A stretch of DNA of 64,000 bases from contig QCGP01000003.1 in NCBI GenBank assembly GCA_003279845.1, forward strand, positions 86,456 to 150,455, given 5' to 3'. Shown piece after piece: positions 46,212-57,963 of this stretch (the stretch's first letter is position 1; each line of letters begins with the position of its first letter). The notes beneath the pieces were generated by a model that made no database searches, was not told the DNA's origin, and was given only the letters and a program-made list of their open reading frames with translations. Position numbers and translations under genes: made by a program. This DNA is from Prochlorococcus sp. AG-388-F11. GTDB lineage: Bacteria > Cyanobacteriota > Cyanobacteriia > PCC-6307 > Cyanobiaceae.

Positions 46212-47111
46212 ATGTTATCTCAGCCTCCTAATGTAATAGTTTTAATCGGACCAACAGCTAGTGGCAAAACAGAATTAGCTATTGAGATTGCAGAATATTT
46301 TAAAACTCGTATACATAATATTGATTCAAGACAAATTTATAAGTCTATGGATATTGGAACGGCGAAACCATCTGAAAATCAACAAAAAAAAATAAAGCAT
46401 TTTTTAATAGATATTGAAGAGCCTGTTAATCATATGAATGTAAAACAATTTCAAGAAATTGCTCAAAAATCAATACAAAGAGAAATTAAAAAAAATAATT
46501 TACCCTTTCTTGTAGGAGGAAGTGGTTTATACATGAACTCGATAACAAAAGGGTTTTTCATACCAGATATCCCTCCACAAAATCGTTTGAGAGAACAATT
46601 CGGAGAAATTGGTCAGAAAGAATGTTGGGAGCTTTTAAAAAATTGTGATCCAAAAATAACAAAAAAAATCAATTTTGCTGATCACATTAGAACAATAAGA
46701 GCTTTAGAAGTTTTTTATGTAACAGGAAAACCTTTGTCAACTCAAAAAATTCAACAACCGCCCAACTGGAAAATACTTGAGCTTGGATTAGATAGAGACA
46801 ATTTAAAAGAAAGAATCTTACAAAGAACAAAAAATATGTTTTCAACTGGAATTATTGATGAAACTAAACACCTTATTTCTCAATATGGATCTAATTTGCC
46901 AATATTAGAAACCATTGGTTACCGTGAGGCTAAGAATGTCCTAAAACACGATTTAAATATTGATAAGGCGATTGAAGTGACTACTACAAAAACAATACAA
47001 TTTGCCAAAAGGCAAAAAACATGGTTTCGTAATAAAAATAATCCTCTTTGGCTGAATAACAAAAACCTTCTAAAAGATGCAATAATTAAGATAGAGTCTT
47101 TTTTAGATTAA
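46212..47111 (+). CDS. miaA: tRNA dimethylallyltransferase
   Basis: [22 protein letters not shown] and AKRQKTWF. Confidence 0.98.
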   Translation: MLSQPPNVIVLIGPTASGKTELAIEIAEYFKTRIHNIDSRQIYKSMDIGTAKPSENQQKKIKHFLIDIEEPVNHMNVKQFQEIAQKSIQREIKKNNLPFLVGGSGLYMNSITKGFFIPDIPPQNRLREQFGEIGQKECWELLKNCDPKITKKINFADHIRTIRALEVFYVTGKPLSTQKIQQPPNWKILELGLDRDNLKERILQRTKNMFSTGIIDETKHLISQYGSNLPILETIGYREAKNVLKHDLNIDKAIEVTTTKTIQFAKRQKTWFRNKNNPLWLNNKNLLKDAIIKIESFLD

Positions 47112-47164
47112 CTTTATAAAAAATAGATTTGTTCATCATCCAATCAATTTATTAACTGAACTGA

Positions 47165-47737
47165 ATGCCACCACGCCCACGCTTTGACCGCCGCACTCCT
47201 GTTAGAGAGCTCCCTAATATTAATGAGAGAATAAATTACCCTGAACTGAGAGTCGTTGATTCAGATGGAAAACAATTAGGCGTCATAGATAGATTGAAAG
47301 CATTAGAAATAGCGGCTCAAAGAGAGCTTGATTTAGTTTTGGTTAGCGAAAAAGCCAAACCACCTGTTTGCAGGATCATGGATTACGGAAAATATAAATT
47401 TGAACAAGAGAAGAAAGCAAAAGAAGCGAGAAAAAAATCTCATCAAACAGAAGTAAAAGAAGTAAAAATGAGATACAAAATTGACAAGCATGATTATGAC
47501 GTACGGATAGGTCAAGCTACTAAATTTTTAAAATCTGGAGATAAAGTAAAATGCACTGTGATATTTAGGGGTAGAGAAATTCAACACTCAAATTTAGCTG
47601 AAACACTCCTTTTAAAAATGGCTAATGATTTAGAAGAGCAATCAGAGGTACAACAAAAGCCAAAAAGAGAAGGGAGAAACATGATTATGTTTTTAAGTCC
47701 TAGAAAAACTCCTCTCATTAAAAAAGATGCAGATTGA
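47165..47737 (+). CDS. infC: Translation initiation factor IF-3
   Basis: [16 protein letters not shown] and FRGRE. Confidence 0.98.
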   Translation: MPPRPRFDRRTPVRELPNINERINYPELRVVDSDGKQLGVIDRLKALEIAAQRELDLVLVSEKAKPPVCRIMDYGKYKFEQEKKAKEARKKSHQTEVKEVKMRYKIDKHDYDVRIGQATKFLKSGDKVKCTVIFRGREIQHSNLAETLLLKMANDLEEQSEVQQKPKREGRNMIMFLSPRKTPLIKKDAD

Positions 47738-47815
47738 CAAATTGTTATCGAAAAACTATGACGAATGTTAAAGTGTCACTATAGATAAAATTAATTAATT
47801 AGGATTTTTTCTAAA

Positions 47816-48802
47816 GTGAGATTCCATATTCAGCTAGAAAGTGATATCCCTGCATCGACACAAATATATAATCAAATTTGCTTTGCAATCGCAGCAAGAC
47901 ATTATCCTCCCGGTCACAGACTTCCAAGCACTAGGCAACTTGCAATGCAGACTGGTCTCCATCGGAACACCATAAGCAAAGTTTACAGACAACTTGAAAT
48001 AGATGGGGTAGTCGAAGCAATAGCTGGATCAGGAATTTATGTCAGAGATAATCTTAATAAAAGAGACTTAAAAAAATCAGTTTACTCAAAAGAAAAGATT
48101 AGTAAACCACCAGAGCAAGAAGCAAAAAAAGCAATTGATAACTTCATCAATCTTGGCTGCACCTTACAAGAAACAAGAGAAATACTTACTAATGAAATTG
48201 ATTGGCGTATCAAATGTGGAGCAAGGATTTTAGTTAGTACCCCTAGAGAAGATATAGGTGCTTCTATGTTAATAGCAGAAGACCTTTCTCCAAAAGTTCA
48301 TGTACCAGTAGAAGTTATTCCTATGGAAGAATTAGAAAAAGTTTTAAGCAGTTCAAACAATGGTACTATCGTCACTAGTAGATATTTTCTACAGCCTATA
48401 GAAAAAGTTGCTAAACAACATGGGGTTCGAGCTATTGCTGTTGACTTGAGTGACTTTCAAAAGGAATTGAAAATTCTCAAAGAATTAGATGCTGGAAGTT
48501 GTGTAGGTATTGTTAGCATTAGCCCTGGTTTATTAAGGGCAGCAGAGGTTATTATACACAGCATGAGAGGTAGCGAATTAATGCTTATGACGGCAATCTC
48601 AGATAATAATGGTAGATTGCTATCCCTTTTGAAATCTTCAAACCACATAGTTTGTGATGGGCCTAGTTTATCAGTTGTAGAAAACACATTGTTAAAAAAT
48701 CGTTCTCAGCTCATAAGATTACCTAAAATATTTTGCGCCAAAAATTATTTGAGCATAGAAACAATAAATCAATTAAAAAAAGAAATTGGAGTTATTAATT
48801 AA
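47816..48802 (+). CDS. plmA: GntR-family transcriptional regulator, PlmA subfamily
   Basis: LPSTRQLA..TGLHRNTISKVYRQLE helix-turn-helix plus the cyanobacterial C-terminal domain (VTSRYF). Confidence 0.88.
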   Translation: MRFHIQLESDIPASTQIYNQICFAIAARHYPPGHRLPSTRQLAMQTGLHRNTISKVYRQLEIDGVVEAIAGSGIYVRDNLNKRDLKKSVYSKEKISKPPEQEAKKAIDNFINLGCTLQETREILTNEIDWRIKCGARILVSTPREDIGASMLIAEDLSPKVHVPVEVIPMEELEKVLSSSNNGTIVTSRYFLQPIEKVAKQHGVRAIAVDLSDFQKELKILKELDAGSCVGIVSISPGLLRAAEVIIHSMRGSELMLMTAISDNNGRLLSLLKSSNHIVCDGPSLSVVENTLLKNRSQLIRLPKIFCAKNYLSIETINQLKKEIGVIN

Positions 48803-48805
48803 ACC

Positions 48806-49543
48806 ATGACTCTAAGAACTTTTAAATCTGATATAGAAAGCATCAAAGAAAGAGATCCTGCTGCTAGGGGGATATTAGAGATTTTTCTTTGCTACCCAGG
48901 ATTTCAATCAATAGTTCTTCACAGATTTACTCATAAATTATGGAAATTAAAAATTCCTTTAATCCCTCGATTAATAAGTCATTTCAATAGGCTGGTCACA
49001 GGAATTGAAATTCATCCTGGTGCCAAAATTGGTAAAAGAGTTTTCATAGATCATGGAATGGGAGTAGTAATTGGTGAAACAGCTGAGATAGGAAATAATT
49101 GCCTTCTTTATCAGGGAGTTACATTAGGAGGTACTGGGAAAAGTCACGGAAAAAGACATCCAACCTTAATGGAAAATGTTGTAGTTGGCGCTGGTGCAAA
49201 AGTTCTTGGGTCAATCACAGTAGGATCAAATACTCGTATTGGAGCAGGTTCGGTAGTTGTTCGAAATGTAGAGGGCAACAGTACTGTAGTTGGAGTACCT
49301 GGCAGAGTGGTACATCAGAGTGGTGTCAAAGTTAATCCATTAGCTCACTCTGCATTGCCAGACGCAGAAGCTAATGTGATAAAAAATTTAATGGATAGAA
49401 TAGACTCACTTGAAAATGAAATTCTTAAATTACAAAAAACATTACAATGTTTGGCTAACTCAGAATCAATTGATATTTCTAAACTGGGTGATGCTCAAAA
49501 TCTTAAAGACAAAGAAATTATTGAATTTCTTGGAGATGATTAA
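48806..49543 (+). CDS. cysE: Serine O-acetyltransferase
   Basis: RDPAA, IHPGAKIG..FIDHG and KRHPT. Confidence 0.98.
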   Translation: MTLRTFKSDIESIKERDPAARGILEIFLCYPGFQSIVLHRFTHKLWKLKIPLIPRLISHFNRLVTGIEIHPGAKIGKRVFIDHGMGVVIGETAEIGNNCLLYQGVTLGGTGKSHGKRHPTLMENVVVGAGAKVLGSITVGSNTRIGAGSVVVRNVEGNSTVVGVPGRVVHQSGVKVNPLAHSALPDAEANVIKNLMDRIDSLENEILKLQKTLQCLANSESIDISKLGDAQNLKDKEIIEFLGDD

Positions 49544-49551
49544 ATCTTGAT

Positions 49552-52383
49552 TTAATTTTTGTTATCCGTTTCAGTTCTGGGTTGAAACATAAACATTGAA
49601 TAAATTACATTGCGTCTCATATTAGTCATCATTTCAAGGAACATATCGTATCCTTCATTTTTATATTCGATTAAAGGGTCTTTTTGTCCATAACCTCTTA
49701 ATCCAACAGATTCCCTTAAGGAATCCATGGACTGAAGATGTTCTCGCCATAAATTATCAATTTGCTGCAAAATGAAAAACCTTTCAGCTTCTCTCATTAA
49801 TCCTGGACGAATATTTTCTATTTGTGACTCCTTTAAATCATAAGCTATTCGCAATTGTTCTTGAAGATAGTTTTTTAATTCTTCTATTGAAAGTAAATTA
49901 ATATCCTCAACTTTAAGATCATCTAATAAATATATAAATTCTTTGACTTTAGAAATTAATTGATCAATATTCCATTCTTCAGGAGGAAGATCAGGATTAA
50001 TATAAGCTTCTACAATCTCACTCATTGTTCTTTCCCCATAACCAATAACTTGCCTTTTTAAATCAATTCCTTGCAATACTCTTAATCTTTCGCTGTAAAC
50101 TGCTTTTCTTTGATTATTCATTACCTCATCATATTCAAAAACTTGTTTTCTAATATCGTAATAGTATGTCTCAACTTTCTTTTGAGCACTTTCTAGAGAC
50201 CTGGTAAGCATTCCTGACTCTATTGGCATATCTTCATCAACCCTAAATGCATTCATTAGATTAGCTACTCTATCGCCTCCAAAAATCCTTAATAAATTAT
50301 CTTCTAGAGATAAAAAGAATCTTGTACTTCCAAGATCACCTTGTCTTCCTGCTCTCCCTCTAAGTTGATTATCCACCCTTCTTGATTCATGTCTCTCTGT
50401 ACCAATGACATGTAAACCGCCAGCTTCTCTTACTTTTGATTCTTCATTGATTAAAACTTTTTCATATTCCTCTTTTACGGCTGATAAAGCTTCTCTCAAA
50501 AGCTTTATCGAATTATCCTGAGTTGGTGCTTTTTCTGCAGCTGTAGCGATCCTATCATCTAAATCCAATACAGAGAGTTGTCTATCTCCCCAATTTTTAA
50601 CAAGTTCATCAGATAAAGTTGATAGTTTTTTTTCAATTTCTTCATCCAGCGTGCAGGGGAAAAGACTAATTGAAAAATTTGAAATTTTCGTTTTCAAATT
50701 TGATCCGACCTTTGTAGAGAACCCCCCCTTACCTTTTGAGTTTCTTTGTTTGGGGATTGGTGGCTTATGCTCATTATCGGGCTTAACTAGCAAAGGAATC
50801 AAAATCTCTTTTAATTTAAGTCTTGCCATATAGTCACTGTTACCGCCAAGAATTATATCTGTTCCCCTTCCAGCCATATTAGTGGCAATAGTAACGGCAC
50901 CTGCCCTTCCCGCCTGAGCAACAATTTCCGCTTCGCGTTCAACATTTTCTGGTTTAGCGTTTAACAAATTATGTGGAATTTTTTCGTCTAATAAAAGTGA
51001 GCTTAATAACTCACTTTTTTCAACACTTGTTGTACCAACCAAAACAGGTCTACCATCTCTATGGATTTGTGCAGTTTCTTTAGCAACTGCTTTCCATTTA
51101 CCAATCTCTGTCTTAAATACTTGATCAGGCCAATCTTGTCTCTTTCTAATTTGATTTGTCGGTATAACCGTTGATTCTAATTTATAAGTTTTTTCGAATT
51201 CAACTTCCTCAGTTTTCGCAGTTCCAGTCATTCCTGCAAGACCAGGATATAAGAGGAAAAAATTCTGATAAGTGATAGATGCTAATGTTTGAGTTTCAGG
51301 CTGAATTTGAAGGCTCTCTTTTGCTTCTATTGCCTGATGTTGTCCGTCACTCCAACGCCTTCCTGGCATAACCCTTCCAGTAAATTCATCCACTATTACA
51401 GCTTCATCGTTTTTGATAATATAGTTAACATCTTTAATAAATAATTCTTTAGCTTTTAAAGCATTGGTTATATAGTGCGCCCACGGATCTTGAGGATCAT
51501 ATAAATCATTTACTCCCAAAAACTTTTCACATTTAGCGAAACCTTGATCAGTTAATATACAACTTCTCTGCTTTTCATCAACTTCATAATCCCCTTCAGG
51601 ATCAATACCATCTTTACTTAATTCTTTTGCTTTGACTAATGACAAAGATAATTCTGAAGCTTTTTGATATTTTTCTTGCGGTCTTTCAACTTGACCAGAA
51701 ATTATTAGAGGTGTTCTGGCTTCATCAATTAAAATCGAATCTACCTCATCAATGACACAATAGTTGAATTTTCTTTGCACTACCTCATTAATGTCAGTAG
51801 ACATATTATCTCTTAAATAATCAAATCCTAATTCGGAATTCGTAGCATAAGTTATATCGCAATTATAGTTTTTCTTTCTTTCAACTGGACTCATATCTTG
51901 CTGAATCAAACCAACTGATAAACCTAAAAAACGATGAACTTGGCCCATCCACTCCGCATCTCTTCTAGCTAGATAATCATTTACAGTAACGACGTGTACA
52001 CCTTTCCCAGTAAGAGCATTTAGATAACATGGTAATGTTGCGACAAGAGTTTTTCCCTCTCCAGTCTTCATCTCAGCAATTTGACACTCATGTAAAACCA
52101 TCCCGCCTATTAACTGAACATCAAAATGTCTCATATCTAAAACACGTTTACTTGCTTCTCTAACAATTGCAAAGGCTCTAGGGAGAAATTCTTCTAACAA
52201 TTCCTTTTGTTTTTTATTATCTAATTCTGATGAAATCTTTAATTTAAGGTTATGAGTTTCTCTTCTTAGCTCATTATCAGTCAATCGAGAAATTTCTTCT
52301 TCTAAAAAATTTATCTCTTCCACTATTGGTTGATAGCGCTTTAACTTTCGTGTATTTGGGTCACCCAACAAAAGTTTTAGCAT
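49552..52383 (-). CDS. secA: Preprotein translocase ATPase SecA
   Basis: [22 protein letters not shown] and [14 protein letters not shown] at 52383. Confidence 0.99.
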   Translation of the reverse strand: MLKLLLGDPNTRKLKRYQPIVEEINFLEEEISRLTDNELRRETHNLKLKISSELDNKKQKELLEEFLPRAFAIVREASKRVLDMRHFDVQLIGGMVLHECQIAEMKTGEGKTLVATLPCYLNALTGKGVHVVTVNDYLARRDAEWMGQVHRFLGLSVGLIQQDMSPVERKKNYNCDITYATNSELGFDYLRDNMSTDINEVVQRKFNYCVIDEVDSILIDEARTPLIISGQVERPQEKYQKASELSLSLVKAKELSKDGIDPEGDYEVDEKQRSCILTDQGFAKCEKFLGVNDLYDPQDPWAHYITNALKAKELFIKDVNYIIKNDEAVIVDEFTGRVMPGRRWSDGQHQAIEAKESLQIQPETQTLASITYQNFFLLYPGLAGMTGTAKTEEVEFEKTYKLESTVIPTNQIRKRQDWPDQVFKTEIGKWKAVAKETAQIHRDGRPVLVGTTSVEKSELLSSLLLDEKIPHNLLNAKPENVEREAEIVAQAGRAGAVTIATNMAGRGTDIILGGNSDYMARLKLKEILIPLLVKPDNEHKPPIPKQRNSKGKGGFSTKVGSNLKTKISNFSISLFPCTLDEEIEKKLSTLSDELVKNWGDRQLSVLDLDDRIATAAEKAPTQDNSIKLLREALSAVKEEYEKVLINEESKVREAGGLHVIGTERHESRRVDNQLRGRAGRQGDLGSTRFFLSLEDNLLRIFGGDRVANLMNAFRVDEDMPIESGMLTRSLESAQKKVETYYYDIRKQVFEYDEVMNNQRKAVYSERLRVLQGIDLKRQVIGYGERTMSEIVEAYINPDLPPEEWNIDQLISKVKEFIYLLDDLKVEDINLLSIEELKNYLQEQLRIAYDLKESQIENIRPGLMREAERFFILQQIDNLWREHLQSMDSLRESVGLRGYGQKDPLIEYKNEGYDMFLEMMTNMRRNVIYSMFMFQPRTETDNKN

Positions 52384-52553
52384 AAGTAACAATCCCTAAA
52401 AATTAATCTTATTACAAACATTATAAAATAGAGCGTTACAACAAAATGAAGAAAACTTTTATCTCTTTATTTTATAGAAATGATGGACTATGGTATTTAG
52501 ATTGAGATCATAAAGATAACAAAATTATCGTCAATTTTTTAACATTTTTAAAA

Positions 52554-53009
52554 ATGAAAGAAATATCTCTAATCAACCATTCCAAAGGAGCTATAGGGCT
52601 AAGGTTTTTTGGATTAGGTCCTAACCTAAAGCCAACTAATGGATTAAATAAGCTGCAAAGATTACTAGATAGAAACGCTTTCTGGGCAAAAAGTAGAACA
52701 ATTATTGATTTAAAAAAATGTCTTTCCAACAGTGACGTAATCGTAAGTCTATGGGTTGGCGAGGAAATAGTAGGTTTTGGTAGAGCTTTAACAGACGGGA
52801 TTTACCGAGGGGTTATTTGGGATATAGTGATAGATCAAAATCACCAGGGTAAAGGTTTTGGTACATTAATAATACAAAATCTTCTGTCTTCGAAAAAAAT
52901 TCAAAATACAAAGAAATTGTATTTAATGACTACGAATAAAAAAATGTTCTACTCTCAATTTAATTTCAAAGAAGTTAGGACTCAAAATTTATTAGTTCGT
53001 GAAATATAG
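52554..53009 (+). CDS. GNAT-family acetyltransferase
   Basis: VGFGRALTD and the QGKGFG acetyl-CoA motif. Confidence 0.88.
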   Translation: MKEISLINHSKGAIGLRFFGLGPNLKPTNGLNKLQRLLDRNAFWAKSRTIIDLKKCLSNSDVIVSLWVGEEIVGFGRALTDGIYRGVIWDIVIDQNHQGKGFGTLIIQNLLSSKKIQNTKKLYLMTTNKKMFYSQFNFKEVRTQNLLVREI

Positions 53010-53033
53010 ATCAAAATTTCTTAGAAAATAAAA

Positions 53034-53465
53034 TCAAGAAACAAATTTACTATAAAGCCATCTTATAAAAGGACCTAGAATAGGAACAGGTCCAAAAGTT
53101 GGACCACAAAAATCAAAATAATCTCTATGCTCTTTAATTAATCCATTCTGGCCAAATAATAAACGAGTGGTTCCAGGGTAAATAAATTCTTTACCCATGA
53201 TTTTCAACCCCATTGTCCATTCAACGAATCCATAATTTCCACTTATAGAGATTGCATGAGTTACCAAAAAAACATCGTCACATCTTTTAACCAGCTTTTC
53301 TTGAGTTTTGATATAAGAATCTAATCCCTCTGTTTGCTGGGTTGGGTCAACAAAAATAACATTTTCATTATAGAACTCAGCCCATTTTTGTTTGGTTGGT
53401 GCATCTTCACCATAAGGTTTAGTAAATAATTCTCTTAAATCCTCTATAGAAATTACTCTTGTCAT
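53034..53465 (-). CDS. SnoaL/NTF2-like protein
   Basis: FY...V.FVDP and HRDYFD, typical of SnoaL-like proteins. Confidence 0.85.
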   Translation of the reverse strand: MTRVISIEDLRELFTKPYGEDAPTKQKWAEFYNENVIFVDPTQQTEGLDSYIKTQEKLVKRCDDVFLVTHAISISGNYGFVEWTMGLKIMGKEFIYPGTTRLLFGQNGLIKEHRDYFDFCGPTFGPVPILGPFIRWLYSKFVS

Positions 53466-53509
53466 AACAAAATACTTTTATGACAATCTTAAAAGATACA
53501 AACATTAAA

Positions 53510-53581
53510 AGCGGATGAAGAGATTCGAACTCTCGACATTCTCCTTGGCAAGGAGATGCTCTACCACTGAGCTACATCCGC
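53510..53581 (-). tRNA. trnG: tRNA-Gly(GCC)
   Basis: Acceptor stem GCGGATG/CATCCGC, anticodon loop TTGCCAA, T-loop GTTCGAATC. Confidence 0.97.
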
Positions 53582-53643
53582 AGATCATAAATATCCTATC
53601 TCAAAGAAGGTCTCAATGATAGAAATAATAAATTTTTTTTCAA

Positions 53644-54120
53644 CTAATTTAAATTTTTAATTAAAGATCCCATCTCAATTGCTTGCAAAGCATAATTCCA
53701 ACCAAGATTATTTTTAATTCCTGCTCTTTCTAAAGCCTGCTGCATAGTATCAGTAGTTAAAACCCCAAAGATAATTGGAACATTATTTTCATTTGAAACT
53801 TGTGAAATACCTTTGCTCGCCTCAGATATAACTACATCATAGTGGGAAGTTTCACCACGGATCACAGCTCCAAGAGCAATTACAACGTCATAACTCTTCT
53901 TTTTCATGAGAGTTTTAGCTGCAATAGGTAATTCGAATGAACCAGGCACCCAAACTATATCAACTTGATTACTTAATTCAGAAGTGTCTAGTCCATGTCT
54001 TTTTAGACAATCCAGACAACCAGATAGTATTTTATTTGTAATTAAATCATTAAATCTTGCTATTACAATTCCTACTTTTAAAGTAGATGCATTAGTAAAA
54101 GACCCCTCAAAAATAGCCAT
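53644..54120 (-). CDS. ribH: 6,7-dimethyl-8-ribityllumazine synthase
   Basis: [22 protein letters not shown] and QALERAG. Confidence 0.98.
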   Translation of the reverse strand: MAIFEGSFTNASTLKVGIVIARFNDLITNKILSGCLDCLKRHGLDTSELSNQVDIVWVPGSFELPIAAKTLMKKKSYDVVIALGAVIRGETSHYDVVISEASKGISQVSNENNVPIIFGVLTTDTMQQALERAGIKNNLGWNYALQAIEMGSLIKNLN

Positions 54121-54169
54121 TAAATTTTATTTAGGTATATAAATAGACTCTCACGAAAAGGTATTTAGT

Positions 54170-54367
54170 TCAAACTAACGAAGAAACAATTCCTGTAACA
54201 AATACCAAAACAACCCATACGGCAGCGATAGAATAAATTTTTCTCCTACTTTCTCGCTGCCCCTCCTCAGTAGAAGGTTGAGTAACGTATAAAACAGGTA
54301 CTCCAACTACAGCTATTAAAGAAGCAAATAGTAGAGCATTTACGAAGAAAAAGTTAACAGCCTGCAT
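54170..54367 (-). CDS. psbZ: Photosystem II reaction centre protein Z
   Basis: Two TM helices, VVGVPVLY and W..LV. Conserved psbZ-ribH order. Confidence 0.9.
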   Translation of the reverse strand: MQAVNFFFVNALLFASLIAVVGVPVLYVTQPSTEEGQRESRRKIYSIAAVWVVLVFVTGIVSSLV

Positions 54368-54509
54368 AATTCAGTCCTAGATTTCAGATTATTATAAATA
54401 CTATAATCTCATGAAAATGATTTTTTTTAGAGAAAATTTACATACTTTAAGCCACTTTAGATGCAAAAAAAAATTTTCTACCTAATATCTATTTAGGAAT
54501 TAAAAAAGT

Positions 54510-57251
54510 ATGCAAGAAGATACGATAATTCAAAAAAATTTATTTGCGATTGATAATGAAAACAATGAGCAAAAAGAAATAACAAAAATTCCAGAAGATT
54601 TATCTTGGGAAGATTTAAAAAAAGAATCTCAAAAAAGACCTAGACAAAGAAAAAATTCAACTAATTTAATAAATAAATTCAAGACTGATTTAATTTCAAA
54701 TAACAAAAATGTTTGCATCAATGAAGAATCTTATAGCTATAAAACAGTTTCAAAACTGAAATTAACTCCTGTAATGAAGCATTATGTAACTCTAAAAGAG
54801 GAAAATCAAGATAGGTTATTGCTTTATAGATTGGGGGATTTTTTTGAATGTTTTTTTGAGGATGCTGTATTAATATCTAACCTTTTAGAAATAACACTTA
54901 CCAGTAAAGATGCTGGCAAAGAAATTGGTAAGATCCCTATGGCGGGGGTTCCTTATCATGCAATGGAGAGATACTGTGCTGATTTAATTAAAAAAAATTA
55001 TTCTGTGGTTATATGCGACCAATTAGAAAAAAGTTCTGGCAATTACGGGACTCCAATTAGAAGAGGAATAACAAGAATCATTACTCCTGGAACTGTAATT
55101 GAAGAGGGGATGTTAATAGCAAAGAAAAATAATTGGATTACTGCTATTTACCTATCAGAAGAAAACTCAGATGAATCTTATGAATGGGGTATATCAAAAG
55201 CTGATGTAAGCACAGGAGAATTAATAACTTTAGAAGGTCAATCTCTGTCTAAACTATTTGATGAAATTATTAAATTAGATTCTTCAGAAATCATTGTAGG
55301 AAGCAATGAAGTAAAAAATTTATTAATTAAAGGAAATAGTCAAATTACATATACTGTTTCTCAAGAGACTAATTTTGGCATTCATGAAGCAAATTATCTA
55401 ATAAAAAAATATTTCCAAATTTCAAGCCTAGAAGGAATTGGACTTAAAAGTTTAAACAATGCGACTAGATCACTTGGAGGTTTATTAAATTATTTAGAAA
55501 AAATTAATCCTTCAAATTTAGATAAAGATTCTTCTGTAAAAATCTCATTAGACTTTCCACAAATTCAATTTGGTCACAACAAATTAATTATTGATTATCA
55601 AACACAAAAAAACTTAGAAATCAAAAATACACAACGAGAAAACAATTATGTAGGTTCGCTTCTATGGAGTATTGATAAAACTTATACTTGCATGGGTGCA
55701 AGGTGTTTAAGAAGGTGGATAGATTCACCACTATTAAATGTTAATGAAATTTATAAAAGACAAAATATAATTATAAACTTTATTGAATCTAAACAATTAC
55801 GAATAGATACCCAAAATTTACTTAGAGCAATGGGGGATTTAGAGAGACTTGCAGGTAGAGCTTGTGCTGGTCACGCAAGTCCTAGAGACTTAATTGCAAT
55901 AGCGGAAGGTTTAAAAAAATTGCCTAGACTAAAATCCATAATTGAATTATTTAAATATGATCTCCCAGATTGGACTGACCAATTAAAAAATATTGATGAA
56001 GGACTCTTAGAATTAGCTGATACTATAAGTTTTAAACTAATAGAAAATCCTCCTCTAAATATAAGTGAAGGAGGGATGATCCATGATGGTGTTGACAATA
56101 TATTAGATGGTTTACGCAATTTAATGGATGATTACTCTGAATGGCTCAATAAAGAGGAATTAAAAGAAAGAAGAATTAGCAAAATTTCAAACCTAAAAAT
56201 TCAATTTCATAAAAATTTTGGATACTACATTTCTATTAATAAGTCAAAAGTTAATTTAGCTCCACAACATTGGATCAAAAGGCAAACACTTACTAATGAA
56301 GAAAGGTATATTACTTCAGAAATTAAAAATAAAGAAAATAAGATTTTCCAAATAAAAAGTAGAGCTGCATCAAGAGAATATGAAATTTTCTGCGAATTAA
56401 GAAATATTGTTGCTGAAAAAACAAAACAAATAAGATCAATCTCAAAATCGATAGCATCTCTTGATGCATTGCTTGGTTTATCAATTAATGCAGTAGAAAA
56501 CAATTTTATAAAACCTTCATTAATACCAATAAATGATTCAATAACAAAAAATAGTACAAAAATTATCGCAGGAAGAAACCCAATAGTAGAGCAATTGCTA
56601 AATGATAAAAAGTTTATAGCGAACGATATCTCTTTTGAGGATAATCAAAAATTAATTATATTAACAGGTCCCAATGCAAGCGGAAAAAGTTGCTTTATAA
56701 GACAGATTGGTTTAATACAAATTCTTGCACAAATTGGTAGCTTTGTTCCTGCTAATAATGCTGAAATCAAAATTTCAGATAGGATCTTTACGAGGATTGG
56801 GGCAGTTGATGATCAATCATCTGGACAATCAACATTTATGGTAGAAATGTCTGAAACTGCATCAATTCTAAATCAGGCAACTTCTAGCTCACTAGTTTTG
56901 CTTGATGAGATAGGTAGAGGAACATCTACTTTTGATGGCCTTTCAATAGCTTGGTCCGTAAGTGAATATCTTGCACAAAAAATCAAATGTAACACTATTT
57001 TTGCCACGCACTATCATGAATTGAATTACTTAAAAAATTCAAATAATAATATAGAAAATTTTCAAGTTTTAGTAGAGCAAAGCAATGATCAAATTATTTT
57101 TAGTCATAAGATTGCTAAAGGAAGTTCAAACAAAAGCTACGGTATAGAAGCAGCTAAATTAGCAGGAGTTCCAAAAGAAGTTATAGAAAAAGCAAAATCA
57201 GTTTTAAATACTTTAGAAGAAAATAATAAATTAAATAATGATATTTATTAG
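54510..57251 (+). CDS. mutS: DNA mismatch repair protein MutS1
   Basis: RLGDFFECF mismatch loop, [23 protein letters not shown] and SYGI. Confidence 0.98.
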   Translation: MQEDTIIQKNLFAIDNENNEQKEITKIPEDLSWEDLKKESQKRPRQRKNSTNLINKFKTDLISNNKNVCINEESYSYKTVSKLKLTPVMKHYVTLKEENQDRLLLYRLGDFFECFFEDAVLISNLLEITLTSKDAGKEIGKIPMAGVPYHAMERYCADLIKKNYSVVICDQLEKSSGNYGTPIRRGITRIITPGTVIEEGMLIAKKNNWITAIYLSEENSDESYEWGISKADVSTGELITLEGQSLSKLFDEIIKLDSSEIIVGSNEVKNLLIKGNSQITYTVSQETNFGIHEANYLIKKYFQISSLEGIGLKSLNNATRSLGGLLNYLEKINPSNLDKDSSVKISLDFPQIQFGHNKLIIDYQTQKNLEIKNTQRENNYVGSLLWSIDKTYTCMGARCLRRWIDSPLLNVNEIYKRQNIIINFIESKQLRIDTQNLLRAMGDLERLAGRACAGHASPRDLIAIAEGLKKLPRLKSIIELFKYDLPDWTDQLKNIDEGLLELADTISFKLIENPPLNISEGGMIHDGVDNILDGLRNLMDDYSEWLNKEELKERRISKISNLKIQFHKNFGYYISINKSKVNLAPQHWIKRQTLTNEERYITSEIKNKENKIFQIKSRAASREYEIFCELRNIVAEKTKQIRSISKSIASLDALLGLSINAVENNFIKPSLIPINDSITKNSTKIIAGRNPIVEQLLNDKKFIANDISFEDNQKLIILTGPNASGKSCFIRQIGLIQILAQIGSFVPANNAEIKISDRIFTRIGAVDDQSSGQSTFMVEMSETASILNQATSSSLVLLDEIGRGTSTFDGLSIAWSVSEYLAQKIKCNTIFATHYHELNYLKNSNNNIENFQVLVEQSNDQIIFSHKIAKGSSNKSYGIEAAKLAGVPKEVIEKAKSVLNTLEENNKLNNDIY

Positions 57252-57281
57252 ATTTTGCATATTTTTATAAGATAAATACTT

Positions 57282-57905
57282 TTAAATAGTTTCCCTCAAC
57301 AAGGCGTTAACCGCAGCTGCTGCCATAGCCGCACCTCCTCTAGTTGAATTCAAAACAATTCTAGGAAGATCGGTAGAAATCAGTTTGTTTTTGCTTTTCT
57401 CTACTCCAATAAATCCAACTGGCATTCCGATAATTAAACTAGGTAAATTTTTTTCATTATCTAAAATATCAATTAAATACGTTAAAGCTGTTGGCGAACT
57501 GCCAATTACTACAATAGGTGATTTTATTCCAGAATTTTTAAAAGATAACTCCTTCCAACCTTTACTTAAGCCATAAGCAGTTTTTGTTAATTTTGTATGA
57601 TTATTTTTTCCAAACCACATTCTAGCCGTAAATAATTTATTCCTAGTGGTATTTTCTGCCATAGATTTTATAGCTGCTGCAGCCATATCGGTATCAGTTA
57701 AAATTGGAGCTCCATTTTTAAGTGCCTGAAGCCCCTTTTCGCAAGCACCTTCACTAAAATTGATAAGATTTTGAACAGAAAAATCGCCTGAAGTATGTAC
57801 TAATCTCTCTAAAACTTTTTTTTCCAAATAATTTAGATCATTTGCTTCTAAATGAGATCTTATGAATCTGATACTTTCCAAAAAAATTGGATGATCTATT
57901 ACCAT
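57282..57905 (-). CDS. cobH: Precorrin-8X methylmutase
   Basis: RLVHTSGD, IGSSPTAL, GMPVGFIG and RGG...AAAAVNAL. Confidence 0.95.
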   Translation of the reverse strand: MVIDHPIFLESIRFIRSHLEANDLNYLEKKVLERLVHTSGDFSVQNLINFSEGACEKGLQALKNGAPILTDTDMAAAAIKSMAENTTRNKLFTARMWFGKNNHTKLTKTAYGLSKGWKELSFKNSGIKSPIVVIGSSPTALTYLIDILDNEKNLPSLIIGMPVGFIGVEKSKNKLISTDLPRIVLNSTRGGAAMAAAAVNALLRETI

Positions 57906-57963
57906 TAAATTTTATTTATGTTAGAAGTAATCATAGTTAATATATGATTTTTTTTGAGCGATT

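Noticed and set aside
47734-47762. TTGACA-N17-TATGAC promoter for the GntR gene
   Set aside because: The -10 lacks the conserved final T and the -35 overlaps the infC stop codon. Not supportable without start-site data.
52400-53581. GNAT and SnoaL genes downstream of tRNA-Gly as an integrated element
   Set aside because: No duplicated tRNA 3' end, integrase or obvious compositional break was seen. The same holds for tRNA-Arg.
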